Origin: a virus
Taxonomy: Duplodnaviria; Caudoviricetes
Virus record (IMG/VR): IMGVR_UViG_3300017589_000011
Location: 1-31,916 of that record
Reading direction: 5' to 3' (one strand)
Length of the DNA: 31,916 bases
Position numbers and translations under genes: made by a program
In this document: positions 25,488-31,916 of the stretch, in pieces
Position numbering within the stretch: position 1 is the first letter of the stretch
Layout: every line of letters begins with the position of its first letter
The notes under the pieces: model-generated
What the model was told of the DNA's origin: nothing
What the model saw: only the letters and a program-made list of their open reading frames with translations
Database searches by the model: none

Positions 25488-27220
25488 GCCGTCTGAACCT
25501 CCTTCTTAACTTCCGCAGCGGGAATCATTGGGTTTTTATTTTTGTCCCGCTTACTACCTTCCTGGACCCATCTCAGCCACGGTCCCATGAAAAAGCCGTA
25601 AACCTCCAAGGGATTCTGTGCTATACGTTTTCCGTTCTCTCGTTCGTTCTTAAACCCGTGTATTTGCACCAGCCCTTTTCCGTCCATTTCTATGGTACAG
25701 AGTGGTTTCTCTGGATCGTCCACACGACGTAGGAATAGAATTGTCAAAGTCCCATTCATGTGACGCTCGGCGTATCCGGCCACACAATGTTGCAATGCTT
25801 GTCCCTCGGCTATGATCTCTTCCCCGTCTTTTGGTACCCGAATGAACAGCCCATTGGAGATCATGGAATATTTCTTTTGGAGCTTTTCTCGGCGCTGTTT
25901 ATAGGTCATTTGCTTCAGTTCCAGCTCCGCTCGAAGTGTTGCGTCTCGCTCCGCTTCCTGCCGATCCTTCTCTGCCTTCAGGCGCCTACGGTGCTCTGCC
26001 GTTGCTATGTCATGCGATTCCTGCAGGTCTCTAGGCATGGCCACTCTCTCCTGCGTTACGTCATACCCGATAGCTTTTGCAGCATCCATGTAATCTGACC
26101 AGTGGCGCAGGATATCATGGATTGACCGATAGCCGCCTGCATGGCAGCCCCCTGTGTATTGATCTAAGTAGGTAATGACCTTTTGTGGACGAAGGCCGGC
26201 AAGCAAGCATCGCTGCACCAGCGTTCCCACCACACCAAAATCAAGCTGTCGGTACAGCTTTTCCATTTCAGTAATGCTTTGCCGAATCCCATGCTTTCGT
26301 AGCTTCTTTACCAAGTGCAACACATTCGGCACCTTGCTCCCGGATAAAAACTCTTTGATTTCCGCTTTTGTAAGACCAAAGGCCTTAACCGGATTTTCCT
26401 GCTCCCAACAGAAGACATAAGCATTTTTCCTCCTGTAGTAAAGGAACTCTTCAACAAACTTCTGTGCTCCAGCCTTCATGAGCATTTCCACCTGCTTTGG
26501 ATAGACACAATACAGGGTCATATACTTGATGAAATCGCTGTGCTTGCTGCTGTAGTGATATGTCCCCCAGCGGCTATACTGGCAGTACCGAAGGCTGCTT
26601 TCCTTCAGCTTATCCATGCCTATAACAAAGTACGATTCATGGCCTGACATCATACAGCCCCGTTGGAATGGCTCACAGATCTTCATCCTAGAAATACGGG
26701 CTTGCTCCGTTTGGCAATACCAATTACTATATGACCGACTGAACATACGAGCCTTACCAAGCTGAAACTGGTATAGCGTGTCCAGAGAATACCCTGCGTC
26801 TCCATCAAGCCTGTGCTCGTAATCTTTCCTGACCCAGTAAGCCTGGGCAAAGAGCGAATCACCCTCTGCATTCACAAAGACAACGTGGTGTTGATCGCTC
26901 AAACTTCTCCTTTTCCCGCTCTTACCTATGTTCTTCAGAGTAGCTGCTTTCCCACAATACGGGCACTCCACCGAATCGTTGTGACTGGAACACATGAAGT
27001 TATGATGGTTGGAATCCGAAAGCATTCTGAAGCCTTCATACCGCGCCTCATGCTTGTGACAACAACTCGTGTCTATGATGCGGTCACCGTTCTTTTCGGT
27101 GCGATAGAATATGTAATGCTGGAACAGGTCATTGGCTTGATCCAAGTCCTCTTGACTTAGCTCGGGGAAATTCTTCACAACGTCCGTTTCCTCTTTGGTC
27201 AGGTGTTGATACTCACTCAT
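25484..27220 (-). CDS. PcfJ-domain protein
   Basis: DYMD...PRDLQESHD...EGQALQHCVAGY...ILFLR...TIE...QIHGFKN; start MSEYQH after GAGGTGG. Confidence 0.88.
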   Translation of the reverse strand: MSEYQHLTKEETDVVKNFPELSQEDLDQANDLFQHYIFYRTEKNGDRIIDTSCCHKHEARYEGFRMLSDSNHHNFMCSSHNDSVECPYCGKAATLKNIGKSGKRRSLSDQHHVVFVNAEGDSLFAQAYWVRKDYEHRLDGDAGYSLDTLYQFQLGKARMFSRSYSNWYCQTEQARISRMKICEPFQRGCMMSGHESYFVIGMDKLKESSLRYCQYSRWGTYHYSSKHSDFIKYMTLYCVYPKQVEMLMKAGAQKFVEEFLYYRRKNAYVFCWEQENPVKAFGLTKAEIKEFLSGSKVPNVLHLVKKLRKHGIRQSITEMEKLYRQLDFGVVGTLVQRCLLAGLRPQKVITYLDQYTGGCHAGGYRSIHDILRHWSDYMDAAKAIGYDVTQERVAMPRDLQESHDIATAEHRRRLKAEKDRQEAERDATLRAELELKQMTYKQRREKLQKKYSMISNGLFIRVPKDGEEIIAEGQALQHCVAGYAERHMNGTLTILFLRRVDDPEKPLCTIEMDGKGLVQIHGFKNERENGKRIAQNPLEVYGFFMGPWLRWVQEGSKRDKNKNPMIPAAEVKKEVQTA

Positions 27221-27230
27221 GGGAGCCACC

Positions 27231-27605
27231 TCACAGGAAGGAGGACAGGTCCAACAAAATGCTGCTGGCCTTTTTTGGTACCGGTGCGGCTTCTTCGGGC
27301 ACCTGATCCGCTTGCCCGACAAGATCAATGGACATACTCAACCGGATCCCTGCACCGGGGAAATAGAACTGCACCGCCTTGCGATAAATCTCAACATCTG
27401 GCGTGTGATTCTGTACCCCATATACGGCGACAGCAAGACAATTATCAAAGGATCCACCCTGCACTACAGCCTGGGCAAATTCAGCATCCTGCCGGCAGAA
27501 ATCGCAGAGCACATCACACAGCGGCTTCTTGACCACATTTCCGAATTTATCTGATCGAGCAGCCTTATATTCCTGCTCCAGTTTTGCAACTGCTTTCTGT
27601 TGCAT
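27231..27605 (-). CDS. PcfK-like protein
   Basis: FAQAV...SFDNC...DVEIYRKAVQFYF pattern; adjacent to PcfJ. Confidence 0.65.
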   Translation of the reverse strand: MQQKAVAKLEQEYKAARSDKFGNVVKKPLCDVLCDFCRQDAEFAQAVVQGGSFDNCLAVAVYGVQNHTPDVEIYRKAVQFYFPGAGIRLSMSIDLVGQADQVPEEAAPVPKKASSILLDLSSFL

Positions 27606-27606
27606 C

Positions 27607-27635
27607 TTGACATTTCCTTTCGAATCCCTGATAAT
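27607..27635 (+). promoter_or_regulatory. Sigma-A promoter, antisense to the early operon
   Basis: TTGACA-17 nt-GATAAT, overlapping the RBS of the PcfK-like gene on the other strand. Confidence 0.7.
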
Positions 27636-27641
27636 CAGGGT

Positions 27642-27695
27642 GTATTAGTTTTTCTTTGCCACCCTTGGGATTGCAGTCCTGGGGGTGGTTTTCTT
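27642..27695 (+). ncRNA. Putative ~55-nt small RNA
   Basis: Promoter followed by stem GCCACCCTTGGGA-TTGCAG-TCCTGGGGGTGGT (G-U pairs work only on +) and T tail. Confidence 0.5.
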
Positions 27696-27698
27696 GCG

Positions 27699-27836
27699 TC
27701 AAATTTTTCCGCATTTTACGTTCATCCGACGCAACGCAACCTCTCCGTACTTTTCAACTTGGTATCTGTACCACGCATATCTGATCTTGTTGGTCCCCAT
27801 CTCTCGCTTCATTGCAAGTCTTCGGCACTCTCTCAT
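27699..27836 (-). CDS. Small basic hypothetical protein (45 aa, not in ORF track)
   Basis: GGAGG RBS; MRECRRLAMKREMGTNKIRYAWYRYQVEKYG... Confidence 0.6.
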   Translation of the reverse strand: MRECRRLAMKREMGTNKIRYAWYRYQVEKYGEVALRRMNVKCGKI

Positions 27837-28033
27837 GATAATTTCCTCCAATATTATTTTTTATCTCGCACTCAATCGAATCCCCTGTCACCGTGAAAAC
27901 GAACTCCTCGCCTCTGGCTGTCGTGATCGCTGTGCCGGTCCTACCGAACGTGACGATCAGAACCGAGCCGTCATAGCTGAACTTGATTCCGTTGGTGCCG
28001 CGGCACTCCTCGGCCTGATCATCCTTTCTTTTC

Positions 28034-28062
28034 TTGATATCTTTTGTCGAACGTGGTAAGAT
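28034..28062 (+). promoter_or_regulatory. Sigma-A promoter of the membrane-protein moron
   Basis: TTGATA-17 nt-TAAGAT with TG extension. Confidence 0.7.
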
Positions 28063-28083
28063 TTGGATTAGAGGTGACGTAAA

Positions 28084-28626
28084 ATGAAAAGCTTTTTATT
28101 GATATTTTTGTTCTTGTTTTTATACAAGTTGGTATCAAACGCATCCTTCTATTTCATGTCAAAGTTCTACGAAACGGCTCACTTCAATTATTTGTTCGTA
28201 GAGGGCAAATGTTCAGACATCCATCAGTACCAGCACGGTATGAAGAAGCTTGTCAAACGAGCCGGGTTGGTGGCTACATCGGTTCCAGTTGTACACAATA
28301 TGGGGTATGGACAACTTGCATCTTACTCAGCTGATGCAATGGATAATGTTGCATGTAGGCAGGAAGATATTGCGTTGGTAGTTGCTCAGTCCATTCGTTC
28401 AGCCCGCGGGGTATTCAGAACAAGGGTCATTGAATGCTTCTCGCCGATTTACTGGATTGAGTTGGTTATTTTCATGCCCAAAAATATATTCACCTATCTT
28501 GGTCTTGGTGGAGATTCTTTCTTCTTGAAATTATTTCAGTTACTGTGGTGGATCGGAGCACCAGCCGCCATCATTTGCAGGGATAAACTTTACGTTTGGA
28601 TTACTGCAATTTTGGCACATTTCTAA
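28084..28626 (+). CDS. Membrane protein of unknown function (moron)
   Basis: GAGGTGA RBS; hydrophobic N- and C-terminal segments; AT-rich; opposite strand to early genes. Confidence 0.75.
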   Translation: MKSFLLIFLFLFLYKLVSNASFYFMSKFYETAHFNYLFVEGKCSDIHQYQHGMKKLVKRAGLVATSVPVVHNMGYGQLASYSADAMDNVACRQEDIALVVAQSIRSARGVFRTRVIECFSPIYWIELVIFMPKNIFTYLGLGGDSFFLKLFQLLWWIGAPAAIICRDKLYVWITAILAHF

Positions 28627-28776
28627 CACACGCTCTGTGATTTCAATAACTTCTGCGAAATTTTCAATCTTTGATGTTTCGCAGATTTTTTTGTGCGCCT
28701 TTACGAGATTTTTCAAGATTAGTCTTTTTTCTTTACTCGCCATAACGTTGCTGCAAGGAACGATAATACCGTCCAT
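28540..28776 (-). CDS. Hypothetical early phage protein
   Basis: GAGGAGG RBS; convergent 87-nt overlap with the moron. Confidence 0.55.
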   Translation of the reverse strand: MDGIIVPCSNVMASKEKRLILKNLVKAHKKICETSKIENFAEVIEITERVLEMCQNCSNPNVKFIPANDGGWCSDPPQ

Positions 28777-28961
28777 ACTTTTCCTCCTCTTGCGACTCTC
28801 GCGGTGGTGTGTTGTTGTCCGTGGCCCTTTTAATCAAGAATACCTTTCACCGCATCTAGCTTGTCCTCGCTGATTTTCCTGACCACAATAAGGCTGTGGC
28901 TGATGTTCGCTTTAATAAAAGCGTCGTCGGCTATGGCCTTTATTTCTTTTAGTTCACTATT

Positions 28962-29204
28962 CTATTGTTGGCATTCCTTTGGTTCGTAAGATGCATCGTA
29001 GTGGCCCACGATCCTGTCCTGCACCCACTTCTCGAAATCAGCTTCGTAAATTTCAAACCAGCGCTTCTGCTTCCCTTTGATGCAGATCCCAAACGGGTAT
29101 CTTCCTTGTTCGATACAATCACCAAGCTTACTAGAGGTTGTCTTGATTCCGAGTTCGCGCAATCTCTTTAAAGTCTGATTTATCGTCATGGTTCTAATTT
29201 CCAT
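28962..29204 (-). CDS. Excisionase/Cro-like DNA-binding protein
   Basis: MTINQTLKRL...IEQGRYPFG...IYEADFEKW winged-helix pattern; first early gene; AAGGAGG RBS. Confidence 0.7.
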   Translation of the reverse strand: MEIRTMTINQTLKRLRELGIKTTSSKLGDCIEQGRYPFGICIKGKQKRWFEIYEADFEKWVQDRIVGHYDASYEPKECQQ

Positions 29205-29277
29205 ATTTACATTGCCTCCTTTTTTGTGATACTATAAGTAATCGATAGTTAATTTGTGTTTGCTTGTCTCTGTGTGT

Positions 29278-29306
29278 ATCATACTAGCAGTTTTCGCAAG
29301 TTTCAA
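29278..29306 (-). promoter_or_regulatory. Early lytic promoter
   Basis: TTGAAA-17 nt-TATGAT. Confidence 0.75.
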
Positions 29307-29333
29307 TCACTATCTGTCAGTTATTGCAAGTTT
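29288..29333. promoter_or_regulatory. Two candidate operator direct repeats
   Basis: CAGTTTTCGCAAGTTT (29288-29303) and CAGTTATTGCAAGTTT (29318-29333); the first overlaps the early promoter. Confidence 0.65.
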
Positions 29334-29364
29334 TGTATGTTTGCCCAAATGGAGGTAGTTTAAA

Positions 29365-29706
29365 TTGGATACTTTTGACAACGTATCTCGGATAATGAAA
29401 GAAAAGCGTATATCACAAAGAGATCTAGCAGAATATTTGCACGTGACAGAATTCAGAGTTTCGCACTGGAAGAACGGGCGTTCAGAATCCTATATGAAAT
29501 ACATGCCACAAATCGCTGAATTCCTGGGCGTTCAGGTCGGTGAGATATTTGCTGGAGAACAAAAAGATCCCGTCATCAGTTTCGATGACGGGAAAGCGAA
29601 AATATTATACGATAAGCTTTTGAATGCCGGGATTGATGTGTGCGAATTATCCGTCACGCAGATCGACAGGATCGTCGCACTCGCCAAGGCTGGACTTGAC
29701 AAGTAA
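29365..29706 (+). CDS. CI-like XRE repressor without S24 autopeptidase domain
   Basis: SQRDLAEYLHV...VSHWKNGR...IAEFLGV HTH; divergent from early operon; GGAGG RBS, TTG start. Confidence 0.88.
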   Translation: MDTFDNVSRIMKEKRISQRDLAEYLHVTEFRVSHWKNGRSESYMKYMPQIAEFLGVQVGEIFAGEQKDPVISFDDGKAKILYDKLLNAGIDVCELSVTQIDRIVALAKAGLDK

Positions 29707-29790
29707 GACAACTCGATCCATTTCGTCTGTTGATAAACCTCCAACTCCGAGTGCATTGCAGATCGTTTCGTAGAATTCTAATTCGTCCAT
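29647..29790 (-). CDS. Putative SOS-induced antirepressor (47 aa, not in ORF track)
   Basis: MDELEFYETICNALGVGGLSTDEMDRVVLLVKSSLGECDDPVDLRDG; AGGGG RBS; own promoter with LexA box; similar to the CI C-terminus. Confidence 0.7.
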   Translation of the reverse strand: MDELEFYETICNALGVGGLSTDEMDRVVLLVKSSLGECDDPVDLRDG

Positions 29791-29815
29791 TCATACATCC
29801 CCTTGTTTTTATTTA

Positions 29816-29827
29816 GAACGTTTGTTC
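29816..29827. promoter_or_regulatory. LexA/SOS (Cheo) box
   Basis: GAAC-gttt-GTTC, the Gram-positive LexA consensus, covering the predicted +1. Confidence 0.75.
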
Positions 29828-29828
29828 C

Positions 29829-29857
29829 ATATTATCAGAGCCGTATACAATTTGCAA
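29829..29857 (-). promoter_or_regulatory. Sigma-A promoter of the putative antirepressor
   Basis: TTGCAA-17 nt-TAATAT with TG extension. Confidence 0.7.
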
Positions 29858-29984
29858 CTGAAAAAAGGATTTCCTTGAATATATTACCATCAAGATGCAC
29901 AACGTGCAATGACCCAATGGGCACCAGTCTCGAATAATAACACAATAGTATCATTTCGTTACTATCGTGTTGCTGTTGCAACAC

Positions 29985-30013
29985 TAGACCGATCATTGCT
30001 GCAGTTGTAAAAT
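29985..30013 (+). promoter_or_regulatory. Promoter of the RHH-integrase operon
   Basis: TAGACC-17 nt-TAAAAT. Confidence 0.55.
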
Positions 30014-30038
30014 AGTACCACAACAGGAGTGTGGTATT

Positions 30039-30200
30039 ATGAAGTTATCAACACAAATTAGGATAGAAGAGGACGCTTACGAAAAGGTAAAAATAATTGC
30101 AGAGTTGGAGCACAGGTCTGCGAACGCGCAAATGGAATACTTTATCGATAAGTGCATTCAAAAATACATTGAGGAAAATGGTCCATTGCCAGGTGATTAA
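30039..30200 (+). CDS. Arc-like ribbon-helix-helix regulator (53 aa, not in ORF track)
   Basis: MKLSTQIRIEEDAYEKVKIIAELEHRSANAQMEYFI...ENG; AGGAG RBS. Confidence 0.82.
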   Translation: MKLSTQIRIEEDAYEKVKIIAELEHRSANAQMEYFIDKCIQKYIEENGPLPGD

Positions 30201-30202
30201 AT

Positions 30203-31294
30203 GTGACTTGTGTTAAATGCAAAAAGGAAATACCGGACGGCAGCTTGTTCTGCAGTTTCTGTGGAAAAAAGCAAACAGCAGAACAAAGAAAGACACTCAA
30301 GCGCCCAAACGGAGCCGGGACGGTATACAAGCTGTCTGGTCGACGTAGAAAGCCGTGGGTTGCTGCGAAGAACAAAGCCATACTTGGATACTACGAAACA
30401 AAAACAGCGGCCTTAGAATCTTTGGAGGCGTTTGCAAAGCGAGATATCACAGAACTGTTCAACATGACGCTATGCGGTATCTATGTAGAGTGGTCAAAGG
30501 AACACCTTGGCGGGCTTTCGTCGCATGGTAAAGAAAGTTACGAGAATAGTTGGAAACACTTGTCTACGCTCGGAGATAGAAAAATGCGCTCACTCAGGAC
30601 GGATGACTACCAAGCTGTCATCAACTCCATGATTGAGGCAAATAAAAAGAGAGCGACAACCGTTAAGGTTCGCTCTCTAATGACTCAGCTTAATAAATGG
30701 GCTATGCGCGAGGATATTGTGGAGAAAGATTTTTCTTCGTTCGTTCGACTGCCTAAAGACGATAGCGAAGAAAAGAAAATATTCACACAAAAACAAATTG
30801 ATAAGCTATTTGAAAAGGCTACGGATCCATGCGTGAGGGTTATATTGATTCTTATATACTCAGGTCTTCGTATCGGTGAATTGATGGCAATAACAAAAGA
30901 GAATGTCCACTTAGACGAAGACTATATGATCGGTGGCATAAAATCTGAAGCAGGGAAAAATCGTATAGTTCCCATCAATCCAAAGATAAAAATGTTTATA
31001 TCGGAATTATATCATAATGCTCCAAGCGGCGGTAAATTGATGCATGGATACGACGGCAATCGTAGCCCCGCAAATTTCCGCAAACGAGAATTTGTTCCAA
31101 CATTAGAAAGTCTAGGAATGTTTGGCTTTACTCCCCACTCGACAAGGCATACATGCGCGAGCTTAATGGTGGCTGCTGGGATACCAAGGGAACTAATTCA
31201 GAAGATTCTAGGACATGCTCAATATTCTACAACGGCTGACTATTACGTCCATAAGAACGCGGAAGAACTCGTGGCCGCGATAAAGAGCATCTGA
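30203..31294 (+). CDS. int: Prophage tyrosine integrase with N-terminal zinc ribbon
   Basis: CVKC...CSFCG; RPNGAGTVYK arm-binding segment; intact SGLRIGE, IKS, PHSTRH, LGH...YY. Confidence 0.95.
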   Translation: MTCVKCKKEIPDGSLFCSFCGKKQTAEQRKTLKRPNGAGTVYKLSGRRRKPWVAAKNKAILGYYETKTAALESLEAFAKRDITELFNMTLCGIYVEWSKEHLGGLSSHGKESYENSWKHLSTLGDRKMRSLRTDDYQAVINSMIEANKKRATTVKVRSLMTQLNKWAMREDIVEKDFSSFVRLPKDDSEEKKIFTQKQIDKLFEKATDPCVRVILILIYSGLRIGELMAITKENVHLDEDYMIGGIKSEAGKNRIVPINPKIKMFISELYHNAPSGGKLMHGYDGNRSPANFRKREFVPTLESLGMFGFTPHSTRHTCASLMVAAGIPRELIQKILGHAQYSTTADYYVHKNAEELVAAIKSI

Positions 31295-31330
31295 CATTAC
31301 AGTCTGGTTACTAACAAATTATAAATAGGC

Positions 31331-31370
31331 AAAAAATAAACCCTGTAACCGTTGAGGCTACAGGGTTTAT

Positions 31371-31371
<1 letters not shown>
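31331..31371 (-). terminator. Terminator downstream of tRNA-Thr (possibly bidirectional)
   Basis: AATAAACCCTGTAACC-gttga-GGCTACAGGGTTTATT with T run on the minus strand. Confidence 0.8.
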
Positions 31372-31446
<75 letters not shown>

Positions 31447-31527
31447 ACAGAGACCGCTCAAGAAGACCACAAACGCAGGAGTGAGAAATGGTTCAGAGGG
31501 AAGACAAGCTTCCCTCCTTACAACTGA

Positions 31528-31604
31528 TGGCGACGCCGATGGGACTTGAACCCACGATCTCCGGCGTGACAGGCCGGCGCGATAACCGACTTCGCTACGG
31601 CGCC
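31528..31604 (-). tRNA. tRNA-Asp(GTC)
   Basis: GGCGCCG...CCTGTCACG...GTTCAAGTC...CGGCGTCGCCA. Confidence 0.96.
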
Positions 31605-31620
31605 ACGAAGTTTTTGAACC

Positions 31621-31696
31621 TGGCAGGGGCAGAAGGATTCGAACCCTCGGCACGCGGTTTTGGAGACCGCTGCTCTACCAGCTGAGCTATGCCCCT
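31621..31696 (-). tRNA. tRNA-Trp(CCA)
   Basis: AGGGGCA...TCTCCAAAA...GTTCGAATC...TGCCCCTGCCA. Confidence 0.96.
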
Positions 31697-31699
31697 ATA

Positions 31700-31776
31700 T
31701 GGTGGGCCTTCACGGACTCGAACCGTGGACCGACCGGTTATGAGCCGGTTGCTCTAACCAACTGAGCTAAAGGCCC
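31700..31776 (-). tRNA. tRNA with CAT anticodon, most likely Ile2 (lysidine-modified)
   Basis: GGGCCTTTAGCTCAGTTGGTTAGAGC...GGCTCATAACC...ACCA; resembles Firmicute tRNA-Ile2; lacks initiator features. Confidence 0.9.
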
Positions 31777-31836
31777 ATTACTTGTTCAATTACGTTGTTT
31801 TCACCGCAGGTGGGTCGAGTATTAGGGGGACGAAAA

Positions 31837-31912
31837 TGGCGCCTCCTGTTGGACTCGAACCAACGACCCTGCGGTTAACAGCCGCATGCTCTACCAACTG
31901 AGCTAAGGAGGC
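31837..31912 (-). tRNA. tRNA-Asn(GTT)
   Basis: GCCTCCT...GCTGTTAAC...GTTCGAGTC...AGGAGGCGCCA. Confidence 0.95.
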
Positions 31913-31916
31913 ATTG

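Larger units (their letters stand above)
186..31370. mobile_element. Temperate siphovirus prophage (HK97-like head, non-contractile tail), probably integrated at the 3' end of tRNA-Thr; left end not defined
   Basis: Integrase-switch-early-packaging-head-tail-lysis gene order; integrase ends 77 nt from the tRNA-Thr 3' end; no tail sheath; no duplicated tRNA 3' end seen in the window. Confidence 0.93.

Noticed and set aside
1493-29204. TAG stop-codon reassignment
   Set aside because: Several full-length genes (holin, chaperone, HNH) end properly at TAG; only one suggestive read-through case
29532-29756. 74-aa minus ORF over cI
   Set aside because: No RBS; the RBS- and promoter-backed frame is 29790-29647

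Overview
Most of a temperate HK97-like siphovirus prophage from a Clostridia-type host (taxonomy inferred from gene content), abutting a host tRNA cluster (Thr, Asp, Trp, Ile2/CAT, Asn) at the right end. Right to left: tyrosine integrase preceded by an Arc-like RHH gene; a cI/cro-type switch; a leftward early operon (PcfK/PcfJ, DUF3102, AbrB, lytic transglycosylase, HUH rolling-circle Rep, ASCH, DUF1064 nuclease, late activator); HNH, terminase, portal, protease, capsid, neck and tail genes; endolysin and holin; then an independently promoted gene. No attL duplicate is visible, so the left boundary is probably outside the window. Highlights: (1) an unannotated 47-aa gene with a LexA box at its promoter, overlapping the 3' end of cI with exact dyad symmetry and resembling the cI C-terminal helices (candidate SinI-like mimic antirepressor); (2) a catalytically degenerate tyrosine recombinase fused to an HU/IHF domain; (3) an HTH cassette flanked by 28-bp inverted repeats; (4) two promoter-terminator antisense sRNA units, one just upstream of rep; (5) a small antisense gene with a sigma-K-type promoter; (6) a non-canonical -1 frameshift signal with a stimulatory hairpin in the tail chaperone gene. 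All family calls come from motif recognition by eye, not database searches. Several starts were moved from the ORF track using RBS position.
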